64,000 nucleotides of DNA from contig MNCI01001065.1 of NCBI GenBank assembly GCA_015680685.1, positions 1,805,612 through 1,869,611 of the forward strand, read 5' to 3'. A model generated the notes under the pieces. It did not search any database, was not told where the DNA came from, and saw only the letters and a program-made list of their open reading frames with translations. Below are positions 36,013 to 49,659 of this stretch, piece after piece. The position numbers and the translations under genes are program-made. The number at the start of each line of letters is the position of its first letter. Position 1 is the first letter of the stretch. This DNA is from Gnetum montanum (taxonomy: Eukaryota > Plantae > Gnetophyta).

Positions 36013-37261
36013 TATAATGATGGAAAATTTTTGTTGCTAGAAACACTAAGGGGACTTTCCATGTACACAGTTTTAACCCCGGATCCGCGGGTCGTGCTGG
36101 AGAAAACAAATCTGAGGTGCCCTTAACAGTCTTGTCGATCAAATAGGGACTTACTTAGTCAGTAAATTTGTCAACGGTTATATAACGAGGTGATGAGTTG
36201 ATACGAAAATATATTATTGATCTATAGGAAAATAAGATCTGTTCCAAGATCAAATTTCGAAGGCAATGAAGGCGATGTAAATTATGCAAAATGATTATAG
36301 AATTCAATGTGAACAGGACGCAATGAATTGAACTTAGAACATGCACGATCCCAAGATCTGGGATCCACCTTATAAATAAATCTGATGAATAAAATGAGAT
36401 TTACAAGCGGACTTTGGTTTGGACGAAGTACTCGCCACCAACAAGAAGCTACTTAGAGATTAAACAAGCAAAGGTCAATCTACCTTGTTTACTAGCTAAT
36501 CTGGGCACAAGGGAGTCAGGCTCAAAGCAAAGTGTCTTCTTACTTGAAGTCTCTAGTCGAAAGCTTCTCTCTTTCACCATCAATGCTCTTCTATTGCCAA
36601 CTCTTTCTTATCGTCTTGTCAATCTTTGCCCAAAAATGTCAAAAAATTGCCCACTATATTGCCCCCCATTACCCATCGGGGTATTTATAAGATTAGGGTT
36701 AGGAGAAGAACACGATTTAGATGACACATGTCCTGGGCCCACAAACTACTATTGGCCTGATGTGTTGTAGCTAAAGCTTGTGGCACTACGCTGTGTTACG
36801 CTCTGATGTGTAGTATAGCGTATCCACCTTCGCCTTTAGCCTTGAATTTCCAAATATTTAGTAGCATATTGTCTTGTGGCTACGCTGCGATACGCTGGAG
36901 AGCGTATCATAGTGTAATGACTGCTACTACTTGAATTTTGTTACCTTTGTTGCTGCGGCTAAGTCAACTGTGCTACTTGCGTTACGCTATGTCACACTGC
37001 GTAGCATAACCCAGCGTAGCATGACAAAAGTTAAGATTTTTGAACATGGCTAGCTTGCGAAGTTGAAGCATTATTGTTGTGCATCCCTTGTTTTGTTCTG
37101 TCTTATGGGGTCTACTACGCTGAGTTGTGTAGTGTAGCGTAGCAAGCCCTTAGCCGAAAAAAAAAAGAAAACTTGCTGAGATGTGCCACTTGTGGAAATT
37201 TTTTGCCTAAACTTTAAAACTTTTCTGAATCATCGAGGTCTCGAAATTTCACGGTGTTTCA
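36013..37261 (-). repeat. 5' LTR of element B
   Basis: Starts TGAAACACCGTGA on the minus strand, matches 5061-5426 and ends 6 nt before the PBS. Confidence 0.9.
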
Positions 37262-40162
37262 ACAATCATCATCATCTATTTCTAAATTTGGAAGCTCCTC
37301 TATTACTACAGCTTTACCCATATTCTTATAATATCTATATTTTGTATCCTTCTTCTTCCTTCTTTCTTGACCATGACCCTCTTGGTCTCTTCGTTTGTCT
37401 GTAATTTTTAGAGCTATTTGGAACTTCTCATCGAAGGTGTCCCACATCTTGTTTATCTTAATGAATATTTTGATGATAAATTTTTGTATTGGTAAGGTTT
37501 TCCTCTACACCACTTCATCAAGCAGTGCCTCCTCCTTAGTATAATAGAAACACACCTCCCTTTTATGAATGGAAGGATCCTTATTATACTCTTCTACACT
37601 TTTACATTTTTTGAGTTCCCCTTCTTCTTTGGCCACTTGATCTATCAACCTTTGGATTTGAAGGGCTCATAGCTCAAAAATTCTCCCTTGGGCATAAACC
37701 CTAAGAGTTTTTCTTTCTTTGTTCTAGAGCCCATCTATGATATGGGGGAGCTAATCCCTTTGGGAGTATTCATGGCTTGGGCATTGATGCAAAAGTATAT
37801 AGTATCAACCCAAGGCTGCATCCAAGGACTCATGATTACATTATTTCCATCATTGGATTTTTCTTCACAAGTTGAACACTCTGGAGTATATTTGTTACTT
37901 GTCGTTGAAGAGCTTCAATATCATATGCCATCAGTGAATAGATTCTGGTTCTAAGGAATGGTACCAACTTTTAGCTTCCTTAATGAGTGTCCTTGGAAAC
38001 AGTTTCAGCTTTTGCCATTCATTTTCAATGTTCTAGAAGGCATTTGCATTCTGAAAGGCTTGCAGATGGTTCTCTAGATTTGAGTTATATCCCCTTTCAA
38101 ATTTGGGGATATTATTCATATCCAACCTCTTAATTTGGCTATCCTTGCAATGCCTCGTTGGGATTCTAATTGCTTCTAAAATGTTTAGCATATTTTGAGT
38201 AGCTAGCAAGGGTTCATCATAGTCACAATGATCACGATGGCCCCTATCATGTCCATGATGTCTATGATAAGTCCTACTATGCCTTCTTTCTCGATGATGC
38301 TCCTCCCTTTGTTATTGTCCTTACCTTTGTTTTTAATCATCCTAGTAGGTTTTGAATTCCTCCCTATCCCACCATTCATCTCCATCCTGATCATGGTTGT
38401 TCTTCCTTCTATCTTAGCCTCTACTCCTCTTGTTAGAGTTGGAGGAGGAAGATAATGAGGATGATGATGAGGGTGAGAAAGAAGGAGAACTAGCACTAGA
38501 ACGATACCTACTAATTCTTCTCCTTTTGTCCCTACCTTGATCAGCTTGATTTTCTTTATCTTTGTGCTTATTTTTATCCTTGCTTTTGAATGAGTGGCTA
38601 TAGTTGTTATCTTTTGAGGCCTCTTGGTCTTGAGAACCATTCTTTCCCTCATCCAAGTTGTTCATAGTTGATTGCAACCTTTGGTTAAGGATCTCATTAT
38701 CATACAAAGAAGGAGAGTTTGTGTATTAGGGTTCACCTAAAAAGAAGTACTTGTTGTCCTTATGTTGTTGCAAGAATAACTAGGTTGGGACCCTCTTGCC
38801 TTCAAAAGCCTCATATCATGCTTATATCTATCAATCCTTCTTTAGTTAGGCATCAGTGGGGTGATAGTTCCAATTACTATGGTCTTGGACCTCATACTCT
38901 GTGTTAAGTACAACAATGCCCAACTTGATGAGATTGTTCATCAGCATGGGAGGAATAGATTGATCAGGAGGCAACACAATGTTGCCTTCCATATTCCTCC
39001 AGTGTAGCTACTTGTCTTGATATATGATGAAAGGAAAATTTGGATTGTAGGGATCTAGATGAGTGTAAACAACACAAAGTTTTTGGGACATTTTTTGGAC
39101 CTCCTATCTTTGATTGGATCTACTTGTAAATGGTGAAAAGTCATCCCTGCAAGGAGAAGCCATGTTAGCTTTTGCTAAAAATAGTGTGATTGTTCTTGTC
39201 TCCTTAATGATTTATTATTGATTGTTCTTACAACATATTTGTATAATGTTACTATCTTTTTCTACTAGTGAACTTAGCTAAATGGAATCCTTGGCAATGA
39301 TGCCAATAATAAGCAACAAGTATATCCTACATCCAACCATACAAATCACAAGTGTGCACTAGAGATCTGGTCAAATTCTGTGGACTTAGTTCCTAAGTTT
39401 GCCTATAGATAAAAATTGTTATCCTAAGGGTTATGTGATCATTATCTTCCTAACTCTCACTTTTGTATGCTCTTTCATATGGTTAAGTGTGAGTTAAGGC
39501 ATATGATATTTATTTTTGTTTGTGATTTTTATACATTTTTTATCCTAAGTGCTAGGTAAAGCAATGAATGATGGATGATTAATTATTTTAATTATCTAAT
39601 GACTCTAAGGGCTAACTATCCTAACATAAGTATTCATACCCACTTGCCACACACATCCAGAACTCGTATTAATGCTACTCAGTTATCAAGTGATAATTAC
39701 TGGGTGTACCAAATGGCTACTACTGGGATTACTAAGCATTATACGTTATGCTTGAAGCGGTTGTACTAATGTGTTTATTATTGATTATATTAATTATTTT
39801 AATTAATGTAACATGAAATGTAAAATGAATTTAAAGTAAAGTGCTAATTAAAAAAGGTTTAATCTAATCCAAGTGCTACAATGAATGAATGAAATCTTAA
39901 CTTTATTGTCAGTTATGTTAATGCATTTAGGTACATAGCACTTGAGTAAAGTTCCATACAATCTCTTTCATTCATAGTGTGGGAACTTAGAGGGAAAAAT
40001 ATTATAGATCTGAAAACAACAAACTGCAAGGGCTTTGTTCCAATTCAACATGCCATAAATGCAATGGGTACATGCATTTATATAGGTGTGACTTGCATCT
40101 ACATTGATAGGGAATATGTCAATGGGGCTACATCAACGCAGCCAATCGACTATACTTCATCA
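37262..40162 (-). mobile_element. 5' part of an Athila-like element (F): LTR ~40162-39307, PBS 39305-39288, degenerate gag interrupted by element B
   Basis: PBS TGGCATCATTGCCAAGGA; the minus-strand gag matches the 50210 ORF (KRLDMNNIPKFE.GYN...ENEWQKLKLFPRTL). Confidence 0.82.
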
Positions 40163-40949
40163 ATGTAATATCTATCTAATAGATCCTATGGGTCTTTGAA
40201 TGTAATTAAGCTTCATTTCATTTCATTTCAAATTACTTTGAAAACTTGGGTTGAAAGTTTCAAAATCCAATAAGAGTATTAAATGTCATAAGACATCACA
40301 CATTCATAGTACACATCTAGAAAAATATTTCTTTCCAGTATTTTCTTAAGAATGTAGCACTTGGAATGCTTCTTAAGAGGATGGCACTTATAAAAAATGA
40401 GGCTTATCTACATGGGTTGAATTGGTTATGTGTTTCTTTGTTTTAGGGAGAAAGTAGTAATAAAATATGTTAATAAAAAAGAGTAAAGGTTATATGGGAA
40501 CGAGTTAGTGTGCTTAATCCTCAAGGAAGAGGTAATAAAAAATAAAACAACCACAACAAAGGAGTTACAAAATGGAGTCACATGACTGCTTAAGCAAAGG
40601 AGAACACACAAAGCACAGATGCACTAAATCATTATCCCAAAAGTTACTAGCATAAATGTAAAAGATAAACCCACTATGAGGATTCGAATTAAGCATAAAA
40701 AAGACACCCATAGAGGAGAAGTCATTCAAAAAATAAATATGAAATGTGATAGTTGTCACATCATTCATGTTTATCCAAAACTACTTCATCATAATCTTGG
40801 CTAATAGTTTGTGGTTCGCATAATGCTTGATGGGTCGTGCTAGGAGCAATTACATGTGAGAACATTGGATTAGCAAGAGAGGCATTATTTGTAGTTAGTA
40901 AGGAAAGCAGAGAGTCATTGGTCACTACAGATAATTATAGAAGACATGG

Positions 40950-43900
40950 AGGGGCTAACAAAACACTTTTATCATAAGGAATATGATATCATATCTACTA
41001 TATCGTAGATGTGATATGTAGCCTAACATACATCATGGTAGATATAATGTAGTGGATTATAGTCATGCCTATAAATATGAGCCCACCATCATGTCAAAAA
41101 TAAGTTTTTTCCCAATACTTAGAAAATTCTTGCAATTTGTTTTCTTAAAGTTAGAGTTAATATGAATGCTCATAGTGTAGTGAATTATAATTGTATGGAA
41201 TCTTTATTCAAGTGAATTTTTCTTAGACACAATTCATGAACAACAATAAAGATCAAGATTGTTCTTCATCATTGCAACATATCACTTAGAATAGATTTAC
41301 TTTTCCACAATGTTTACTTTTACAAAGTCATTTATATTTCTTAAGTAATTTACTATTCCAGTGCTTGTTTGTAAGGTGGAATAAGTACAACTAGTTTCAA
41401 GCATAAAGTGTAATGGTTTGGTTGCAATAGTAACTCTATTTGATTCCCTTAATAGTAAAGTTACTTGGTAATCCAAGTAATAGTTACATTAACGTAGGAC
41501 ATGTATAGAAAACTAGGAATGTATGCTTATTGTCATAAGATAGAATAGCTTTACATTTCTATTATACTTATAAATAGAAATTACATCATCATCCATTATG
41601 TTTACACTTACCACTTTTAAGAGCCAACAACATCAATTTATTATATACCTTACTTAGAGTTAAACATATGTTTTGCACCTTGCTAACTCTAAGTGGAAAG
41701 ACAGATTATAAACTTGCTACCAACTCACTAGTATACTTACATTGTCCATTCATGGATTATAATCTAGTCACATGTAAACACTAGTGACTCGTATGGTTAA
41801 GTGTTGGAATATCCTACCACTTATCATTGGTGATGTTATTGAGAATATGTCAATGTTTTCTAGTTAGCTACTTTTACATAATTTATTGTATCAAGTATCA
41901 CAAAGTATATTTGTCATACTTAGAATAATTTCTTAAAATGTACACAAACTTAAGCATCACACAAATTAAAATGGCTTCCACAACTAAAGTGAAATCTCCA
42001 TCTACTATCAATCCTAATGAAAATAATGATAGAGATTATAATAAAGAGGATTGGAGTCCACCAATGTAAACAAGAATATCATATGCTCACATTGATTTTT
42101 ATTATCTTGAATTCACATTTATTTTCTACCAAGATGAACAACATAGACGGAGAGACTTACAAAGAAATATTGTATTATCACATGAACTTTTAGCACCATT
42201 AATGCTTCAATCAGGCCTCATGAGATTAAATCTTTACCATATACAAGAAGGGTATAAAGTTATCAAAAACTTGACCAGGCATTATCAACCAATATATGCT
42301 CAAGTAAGAAGGGATGCTATTATGGAGACAATATATAAGCAAGAGAAAGGAAGGAGAGCATCACAAATAATTATCCTTGGAGTGAAAGAAGATGCTCCAT
42401 CCAAAGCTAAATGGTCTAATCAAACTCATAGATCTAGTTCCCAAACATCAATAATATGCATTAAAGATCCTATAAAAATGAAGCTCTATTCAACCCTTAC
42501 AAAAACCTTTGGAAGAGACAAGAAGGACTCTAGACTTAGGAGGATTCAAGGCCTAAAATCAACAAGAGATCCAAAAGAGATGAATCAGGAAGTCATAAAA
42601 GAACAGTCAATCATCAACATTCTCCAACTCTCTCATCTTCTTTCTTACATTGATCAATAGATTCTAACAAGAGGGAACAAGGATTAAGGAATCACGACAG
42701 CGAAAGGAGAAGAGATCATGGGAAACATGCAAATAGAAGGAGACATCCTAATGCAAAAGAAGAAGATGATGAAGATAAAGGAAGGATCAAACATAAAACA
42801 AGAGAAAATTATAAGCATCATAGGGACCACCACTACAGCAAATCCTACAAACTTGAAGACTATGAAGAACCCCTATTAGCCACTTACAATATGATAAATA
42901 TCATGGAAGTAGTGTACATTTCTACAAGACATTTAAGGGATAGTCACATTAAGTAACTTGATATGAATAGTATTCCAAAGTTTGAAGGTGGATATAATGC
43001 AGATCCACAACATCACCTCCAAGCCTTCCATGATGCATGTGCCCTACAAAATATAGAGAATGAATGGCAAAAATTAAAGTTATTTCTTAGGACACTCATA
43101 AAGGAAGAAAAGATCTAGTACATATCCTTAAAATTAGAATAAATTTGAAGATGGAGTACTATGTTAGAACTCTTTAATGACAAATACCAAACTTATTCTA
43201 GAGTGTTAAAATTAAAAAAACAAATCCAAGAATGAAAGCAAGAGATACATGAATCCCTTGATGTAGTAATGGAAAGATACTAATTATTACATAGATGTCC
43301 AGGCCATGGATTTTCTCAAAGGGAAAAACTATGACACATCATCAATGGGCTAAGGACCAAAACTAGAGAGACCCTTGGAGTATATGCTTAATGTAGATTA
43401 TCAAAGATGACAATTCATCAAATCCAAAGGTTACTAGACCATGTGGAAAAAGAAGAGGGAGGGCTATACAAAAGAGAATTTGCTGAAGAATATAATAGGG
43501 ATCCAACTATTAGAAAAAGAGATGTAAGGATATGTGAAACACAACAAGAAGAAATTTTACAAGATATGATTTAGCAAAAGATTCTACCCATTCATAAATC
43601 GATTAATGATATCGCAACAAAGGTAGAGAAAATGTGGGACTCTATGGACAAAAAATTTATCATAATACTAAAGATAGCAAAAGAGAAGAACAAACAAGCC
43701 TTTAACAAAATTAAAAATAAGAATAAGAAAAAGGACAATGAATGGGAGAGTTATAAAAATAAGGAAAAATTTATTGCAATTGAGAAAATTAAAGACTAAA
43801 TCTCTAAAAACAACATTGATTGCAAAGTGTGCTAGTATGAATATCCTAAGGAATGTTGTCCTACCATGGCCCTTTTACAAGAGTCTGGGGCATGTGTACT

Positions 43901-45790
43901 AAATCCAAAGCTTGTCAAAAAATCAAATGCCATGAAGATTACCTTATCCATAAGGTAATACTCCTATTCATACTTCTTCCTACTACTATCTAGTAACATA
44001 CCATATGCCTACAATCCCATGGATGAAATCATAGCCTTACATATCTTAGCCAATAATGGGACCATCCTATAAATCTGCTAATTCTTTGCCACCAGTACCA
44101 CCACCAGTAATGCAAGGAGATCTACCAACATCACCATAATAGAAAAGTGTTGTTAGGACAATTACTACACAAGAGGATACCTCCTATACAAGTGAACCAA
44201 GATCAAGGAAACATTCCTTCTTTAGGACAAGTCTAGAAAAGGTTTGAAGAATAAAAACTTCATCTACTCTTGCTCCTTCTATACAAAGTCCTCAAAAGAA
44301 CACTATGCTTCCAAATTCAATAAAAAAGAACTTGACCATTATCATGATTACATAGACAATAATGCATTGGATAAACATAGGCATTCTTCCTAAGAAAATA
44401 ACAGATCTAGAAGGTCCTTTAGTTTATCTCCAAATAGCAAGACACGAGCCATGAAAGGCTCTACTAAATTTTGGGTTAGAAATGAAGCTTATCTCTTAAG
44501 ACATGTTCAAGGACTAGAATCTACCTTCGTTGAAGAAAAGCAATATCCAACTAGAGCTAGCTAACTAGTCTATTTTTATTCCACTTGGACAAGTGGAAGA
44601 TGTAGTAACTACCATAAGTGGTTGGTCTTATCCTGTTGACTTTCTATTTATCTATGTAGAAAATAATAAAGGTGAATTTCCTATCATCATGGGAAACGCA
44701 TGGCTTAGCACCATGGATGCTAAGTTAGAAATCAAAGAAGATATTTTTAGGGAAGATAAAGTTAGAATCATTTAGAGGTGTAGAGTTCCTTGTATTGGAT
44801 ATAGTGATAATAGGTGCAACTACATGCAGAAAGTATGGATGTTAAGATGAGACATCATTCCAGCATGTAACAAATGTGTTGAAGATGTGTGTACAATAGT
44901 GTCTATATATAGAAGGCACTAAACAAGATGACATCCAAAGGATGATCAATGAAGAAGAATCAAAATCCAACATATGCATGGAACTAGTTGATAAAATTAC
45001 AAGTACCTACATTGAAGAAATCGATAAACTGGAAAAGATATGAAGACTGCCTTTCTACATGAAATCACCATAAGATGAATACATTGACTAGAAAAAATTA
45101 GAGATACTAGAAAAATATGAACCAAAACCACTAGATGTAAAAATCCTACTAGATGAACTTGAATATGCTTTCCTTAATAACAAAAAACTAGTAATTATAA
45201 ATGTCAATCTCAATAAGGAACATAAGAGAAAATTATTGAAAATGATAAACATATGATTGACTGCATGTGCATGGTCTTATGATGAAATCACTAGTATTGA
45301 TCCATGCATCTAGTAACATCAAATCTACACCAATCCAGTTGTTAAACCACATTACTAACCTCAATAAAGGCTGAACCCAAAATTCAAAGAAGTTGTCAAA
45401 CAAGAGCTAGAAAAGTTGTCAAAGGCAAGGTTCATCTATCCTATTGTAGATAGTGAATGAATTAGTCCATTAGTCATTGTCCTAAAGAAGGGTGGTAAGT
45501 GGAGGGTTTATATAGACTTTCGATTGTTGAACATGGTAACATTTAAAGACCATTTTCCTTTGTCATTTGTTGATTAAGTTCTGGATAACATTGCGGGGCA
45601 TCAGTACTATAGCTTTCTCGATGGGTATAGTGGATACAATCAAATTCTTATCGCACAAGAAGATCAAGAGAAACATTTGCATACATGCAAATTGCATTTA
45701 GCCTGTGTAATGCTCCTACCATGTTCTAGAGACTAGTTTTTAGCATCTTTCAAAAACATATTAGTAATGGAGTCAAGGTATTTATGAACT
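40950..45790 (+). mobile_element. Old Athila-like element (G): LTR to 41826, decayed PBS, gag, protease and RT N-terminus; truncated; 5' boundary approximate
   Basis: The LTR ends CCACTTATCA then TTGGTGATGTTATTGAGA. gag IPKFEGGYNADPQHHLQAFHDAC; PR FPIIMGNAWL; RT ISPLVIVLKKGGKWRVYIDFRLLN...FLDGYSGYNQI. Confidence 0.85.
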
Positions 45791-46300
45791 TGATTTCTTT
45801 ATATCATGCAAATATTAGTATTATTATCACTTAATATACCTAGTAGTGCACACTTGGTAACCTAGCAATAATAACATGAGTTTAGGATATGTATAATAGT
45901 TGGAAATATCTACTTATTGCTTAGGCTAACTTAAGCTTTATTTTCTTATTCATATATAAATAAGTAATTTTTTATGTTTTAATAATATTTTAATCATATT
46001 CATTACAACCTTACAATCTTATGCCTCAGTTATACTTAAACATATACACTAAGGGCTACACAAATCTAATCAAAAAGACAATAACCCATGATCACATTTA
46101 ACTATCTAGATACTTCGCTAGTTTAGTTCATAGATTATAATCAAATCATATGTGAATACTTATTATTTGTATGGTTGACATAGGTAATATGCATTGTTAA
46201 TTAATTATGGACATCATTATAAAGGACAAATATTTAATGTTCATTTAGTAATTTTAAATTCATCAACTATTTCCTTTACGCTAGATCCATGTTTATATGA
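45790..46300 (+). repeat. Decayed 3' half of an Athila-like LTR with a PBS remnant
   Basis: Weak similarity to 41400-41850 (CACTTGGTAACC.AG, TTGTATGGTTGA, TGGACATCATTATAAAGGAC). Confidence 0.45.
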
Positions 46301-46699
46301 AAGCTCCAAATGGTTATTAGTGTTATTAGTTCAACTTATATAGGTGACTTAAGTGACTCTCTATACACAAATCTATAGGAGGTGTATCCTATAGGAAGTT
46401 TCTACATGATTTTATATGCCCATGAGACATTTTTGAGTTTACAAGCTTAGTGCTTCATATAATAATTAATTTTTCAAGTTAATATTCTTGTAGATGTTTT
46501 TATGTTAAAATTAGTCTTCATAATTCTAAAAAAGAAGTGGTATTGCAAGCATGTAAGAAGACTTACATTAAAATAATTACATATTATAATCTTCTTGATT
46601 CTTGTAACCTTTGTTGGATCCAAAAATATATATATATTAAAAATAAAAGCCCAAAGTACAAAAGTTGAGTATTGCAAAGAGGAGAAACTCCAAATCAAT

Positions 46700-47800
46700 A
46701 AAAGAAAATGACTAATTATTTTAAAGATGTCTATTTAGGTTTTCATACTTACAACCAATCTTGATAAACCTTTCCTCTGGGATAGGAAATCATACATTCC
46801 ATGAAAAGATTAACATTAGGTGGAGGGGGAAGAAGCCCCTTCCTCATTAATAGAATCAACATGATCAAAAGATACTATCTTTATATCTTGACCAACAGCT
46901 ACAAATAAATTATTAGTGGTTAAAATATGTAAAACATATTGTTCATTCTAAAGATTTGAAATATAATTACCAATAGATAGACTTTATCAACTTTTTTAAT
47001 GATGAAGAACCATTTGAATTAACAATAGGATCTTGTGAAACCTAAGAAACATATATTTGTTTCCTCTTAGTCATTGAAGAATTTTTTGAAATTGATTTTA
47101 TCAAAATCTTCCCTAAAGATATCTTTTGTTGAACAATAGTAAAGGAGAGGAGTGGCTAACTTTTGAAACATCAATAGAAGAAGTCATTGCAAGATTTGTA
47201 GCATCTATAGAAAAAACCTTAGTAGGATCTATAACATTTGTAGAAGAAACCTCAGTAGCATTTATGGTAGCTTGTTGTTGACAGGCTTGCATTGCTTTTT
47301 TTCACAACATACAAGGACATGAATCGAACATATGACTATCTTGATGACAATAGTGACATTACTTTGGGAGATTATAATAAACCTTTTGTAGTAATTAATT
47401 TCACTAGCACACAAAAGAATTTCTTCTTCAAGTGAAGCAAGATCTACTCCAATCATCTATCAAATTTTGTGAAAATCACTAGCTACAATGAGGATGTCAA
47501 GATGTTTGATTGGTTTAATATGAGAGACAATGTTCCTTTCAACTTTTTTAAAAATTAATGAAAAATTTGATAATTCAACAAAATAAGGAACCTTTCAAAA
47601 TTCAAGAGATGTTGAATTAAAAAAGGGACTCCACTTTCAAATAATTAATAAAGCATTACGATGATTGAAAACACTAATATCAAGGACCTTAGAAACCATT
47701 CTCAAATCAACAAATTCTATCAACAAAAACAAGTTTGAAAAACAATAAGCATGGACAACATCCAAACCTTGATCTTTCTAAAACAAATTTAAAAGATTAA
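46700..47800 (-). pseudogene. L1-type LINE ORF1 relic
   Basis: Minus-strand zinc knuckle YNLPK*CHYCHQDSHMFDSCP (CX2CX4HX4C) near 47310-47375 and an upstream KWSPFF motif. Confidence 0.65.
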
Positions 47801-48103
47801 AAAACTAAAAAATGAGGTAAAATAACCTAGAATTTACATGAAATCAAACCTTCTGGAAATTTCATGAGTAAGAGATTCATATAAATCATGAAATTAGTAG
47901 AATGGCAAAGAAGTGGTGGTTCCACTACAAGGATCACCTATTGAATCTAGCAGTATTACATGTAATATTAATGTCAAACCCCTTACTACCTCAGATCAAT
48001 GCTAAAACCCTTGTTGTATAAACCCTTAGATCAATGCACATAAGAAAAGAACATTTATTTATGTTTGTCCTTTTCTTCTTAAGAAAAAAGATACTAAATA
48101 AAG

Positions 48104-49517
48104 TGATGAGACGTGATTCGCATGAGTCGTGCGATATCACGTACGTGATATCGCGTTGTCCCCTACAATGTCGCGTACGCAATATCACGGTCCACCGCCA
48201 AATCTATAAATAAGAGGCAACACTCCCCTTATTTCCCATCCTAGTTTAGAAGTAGGGAAACTCTGGTAGTTTGATCACTCCAGAGATAGAATATTTTCCA
48301 TGTGCCTATAGTAGGAGTCCCAAAGTGAACGAATCTTTATTCGAGCAACATTGTACCTAAACACAAGTTGTGTACGGCAATAAAGACGAGCTTTCCGAAT
48401 AAACCTTGCAGTGCATGGAATAGGATTTTATTTATTTTTCTCTCTCTCACCCTTAAACTCCTAGAATGTGGTATGAGTACGACTTAATTACGAGCATCTA
48501 AGGATGTGTACGGTTAGTCAAGGAATCGGCTACTCATCGCAAGCGGTATGAGTACGACTTGATTACGAGCATCTCGTGTGACTACTTGGTAACCCAGTGG
48601 CGTATCCAGGATCTACGCTTGGTAATCCCAGTGGTAGTCNNNNNNNNNNNNNNNNNNNNNNNNNNNNNNNNNNNNNNNNNNNNNNNNNNNNNNNNNNNNN
48701 NNNNNNNNNNNNNNNNNNNNNNNNNNNNNNNNNNNNNNNNNNNNNNNNNNNNNNNNNNNNNNNNNNNNNNNNNNNNNNNNNNNNNNNNNNNNNNNNNNNN
48801 NNNNNNNNNNNNNNNNNNNNNNNNNNNNNNNNNNNNNNNNNNNNNNNNNNNNNNNNNNNNNNNNNNNNNNNNNNNNNNNNNNNNNNNNNNNNNNNNNNNN
48901 NNNNNNNNNNNNNNNNNNNNNNNNNNNNNNNNNNNNNNNNNNNNNNNNNNNNNNNNNNNNNNNNNNNNNNNNNNNNNNNNNNNNNNNNNNNNNNNNNNNN
49001 NNNNNNNNNNNNNNNNNNNNNNNNNNNNNNNNNNNNNNNNNNNNNNNNNNNNNNNNNNNNNNNNNNNNNNNNNNNNNNNNNNNNNNNNNNNNNNNNNNNN
49101 NNNNNNNNNNNNNNNNNNNNNNNNNNNNNNNNNNNNNNNNNNNNNNNNNNNNNNNNNNNNNNNNNNNNNNNNNNNNNNNNNNNNNNNNNNNNNNNNNNNN
49201 NNNNNNNNNNNNNNNNTACGTGGAAACAGATGCTGATGCTAGGTAATTTAGACTTAGTCATTAGTTAGAGTTAGTTAGTTTCTCAACCCTTCACCTCAAT
49301 AGAATAGGAGAAAAACATAAAAGACCATAAAAATCATATACCTTGGACTTACTTAACCATACACTGTGACAACCACAAGTAAGTCTGGGAAGACAACGAA
49401 TGATTAACCCCAAGTGTTCCATGGGGTGTGTAGGCACTTAGTCTGCGAGTTCGACCGGATCATGCGTGCTACGCTCATTTCGTATGGTTGAGTGTAGGGG
49501 TACCTCGCCACTCATCA
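48104..49517 (+). repeat. 5' LTR of element C (contains an N gap and internal tandem repeats)
   Basis: Direct repeat of 54529-55501; GGTATGAGTACGACTT.ATTACGAGCATCT occurs twice at 48469-48573. Confidence 0.92.
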
Positions 49518-49659
49518 TTGGCACCATTGTCGGGGACTAAGTGTTTGTGCGCCGAATAGAACATAAGGATATCACTCACATCATTGGGAGCCTAAACAAA
49601 CGTTCGGGTTAATCAAGATAAAAAATTATATAATGGTAAATTTAGCACACCAATTACAA

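Larger units (their letters stand above)
5061..37261 (-). mobile_element. Tat-lineage Ty3/gypsy LTR retrotransposon (element B), interrupted by element A, with a truncated 3' LTR
   Basis: Minus-strand order: 5' LTR 37261-36013, PBS, gag-PR, spacer, RT-RH-aRH-INT, tandem repeats, polypurine tract (PPT) AAAGAGGGGCCAT, 3' LTR starting at 5426. Confidence 0.92.

Noticed and set aside
38203-38652. Hydrophobic, Met/Ile-rich ORFs that look like membrane proteins
   Set aside because: They are alternative frames of the low-complexity Arg/Ser/Asp-rich gag N-terminus of element F.
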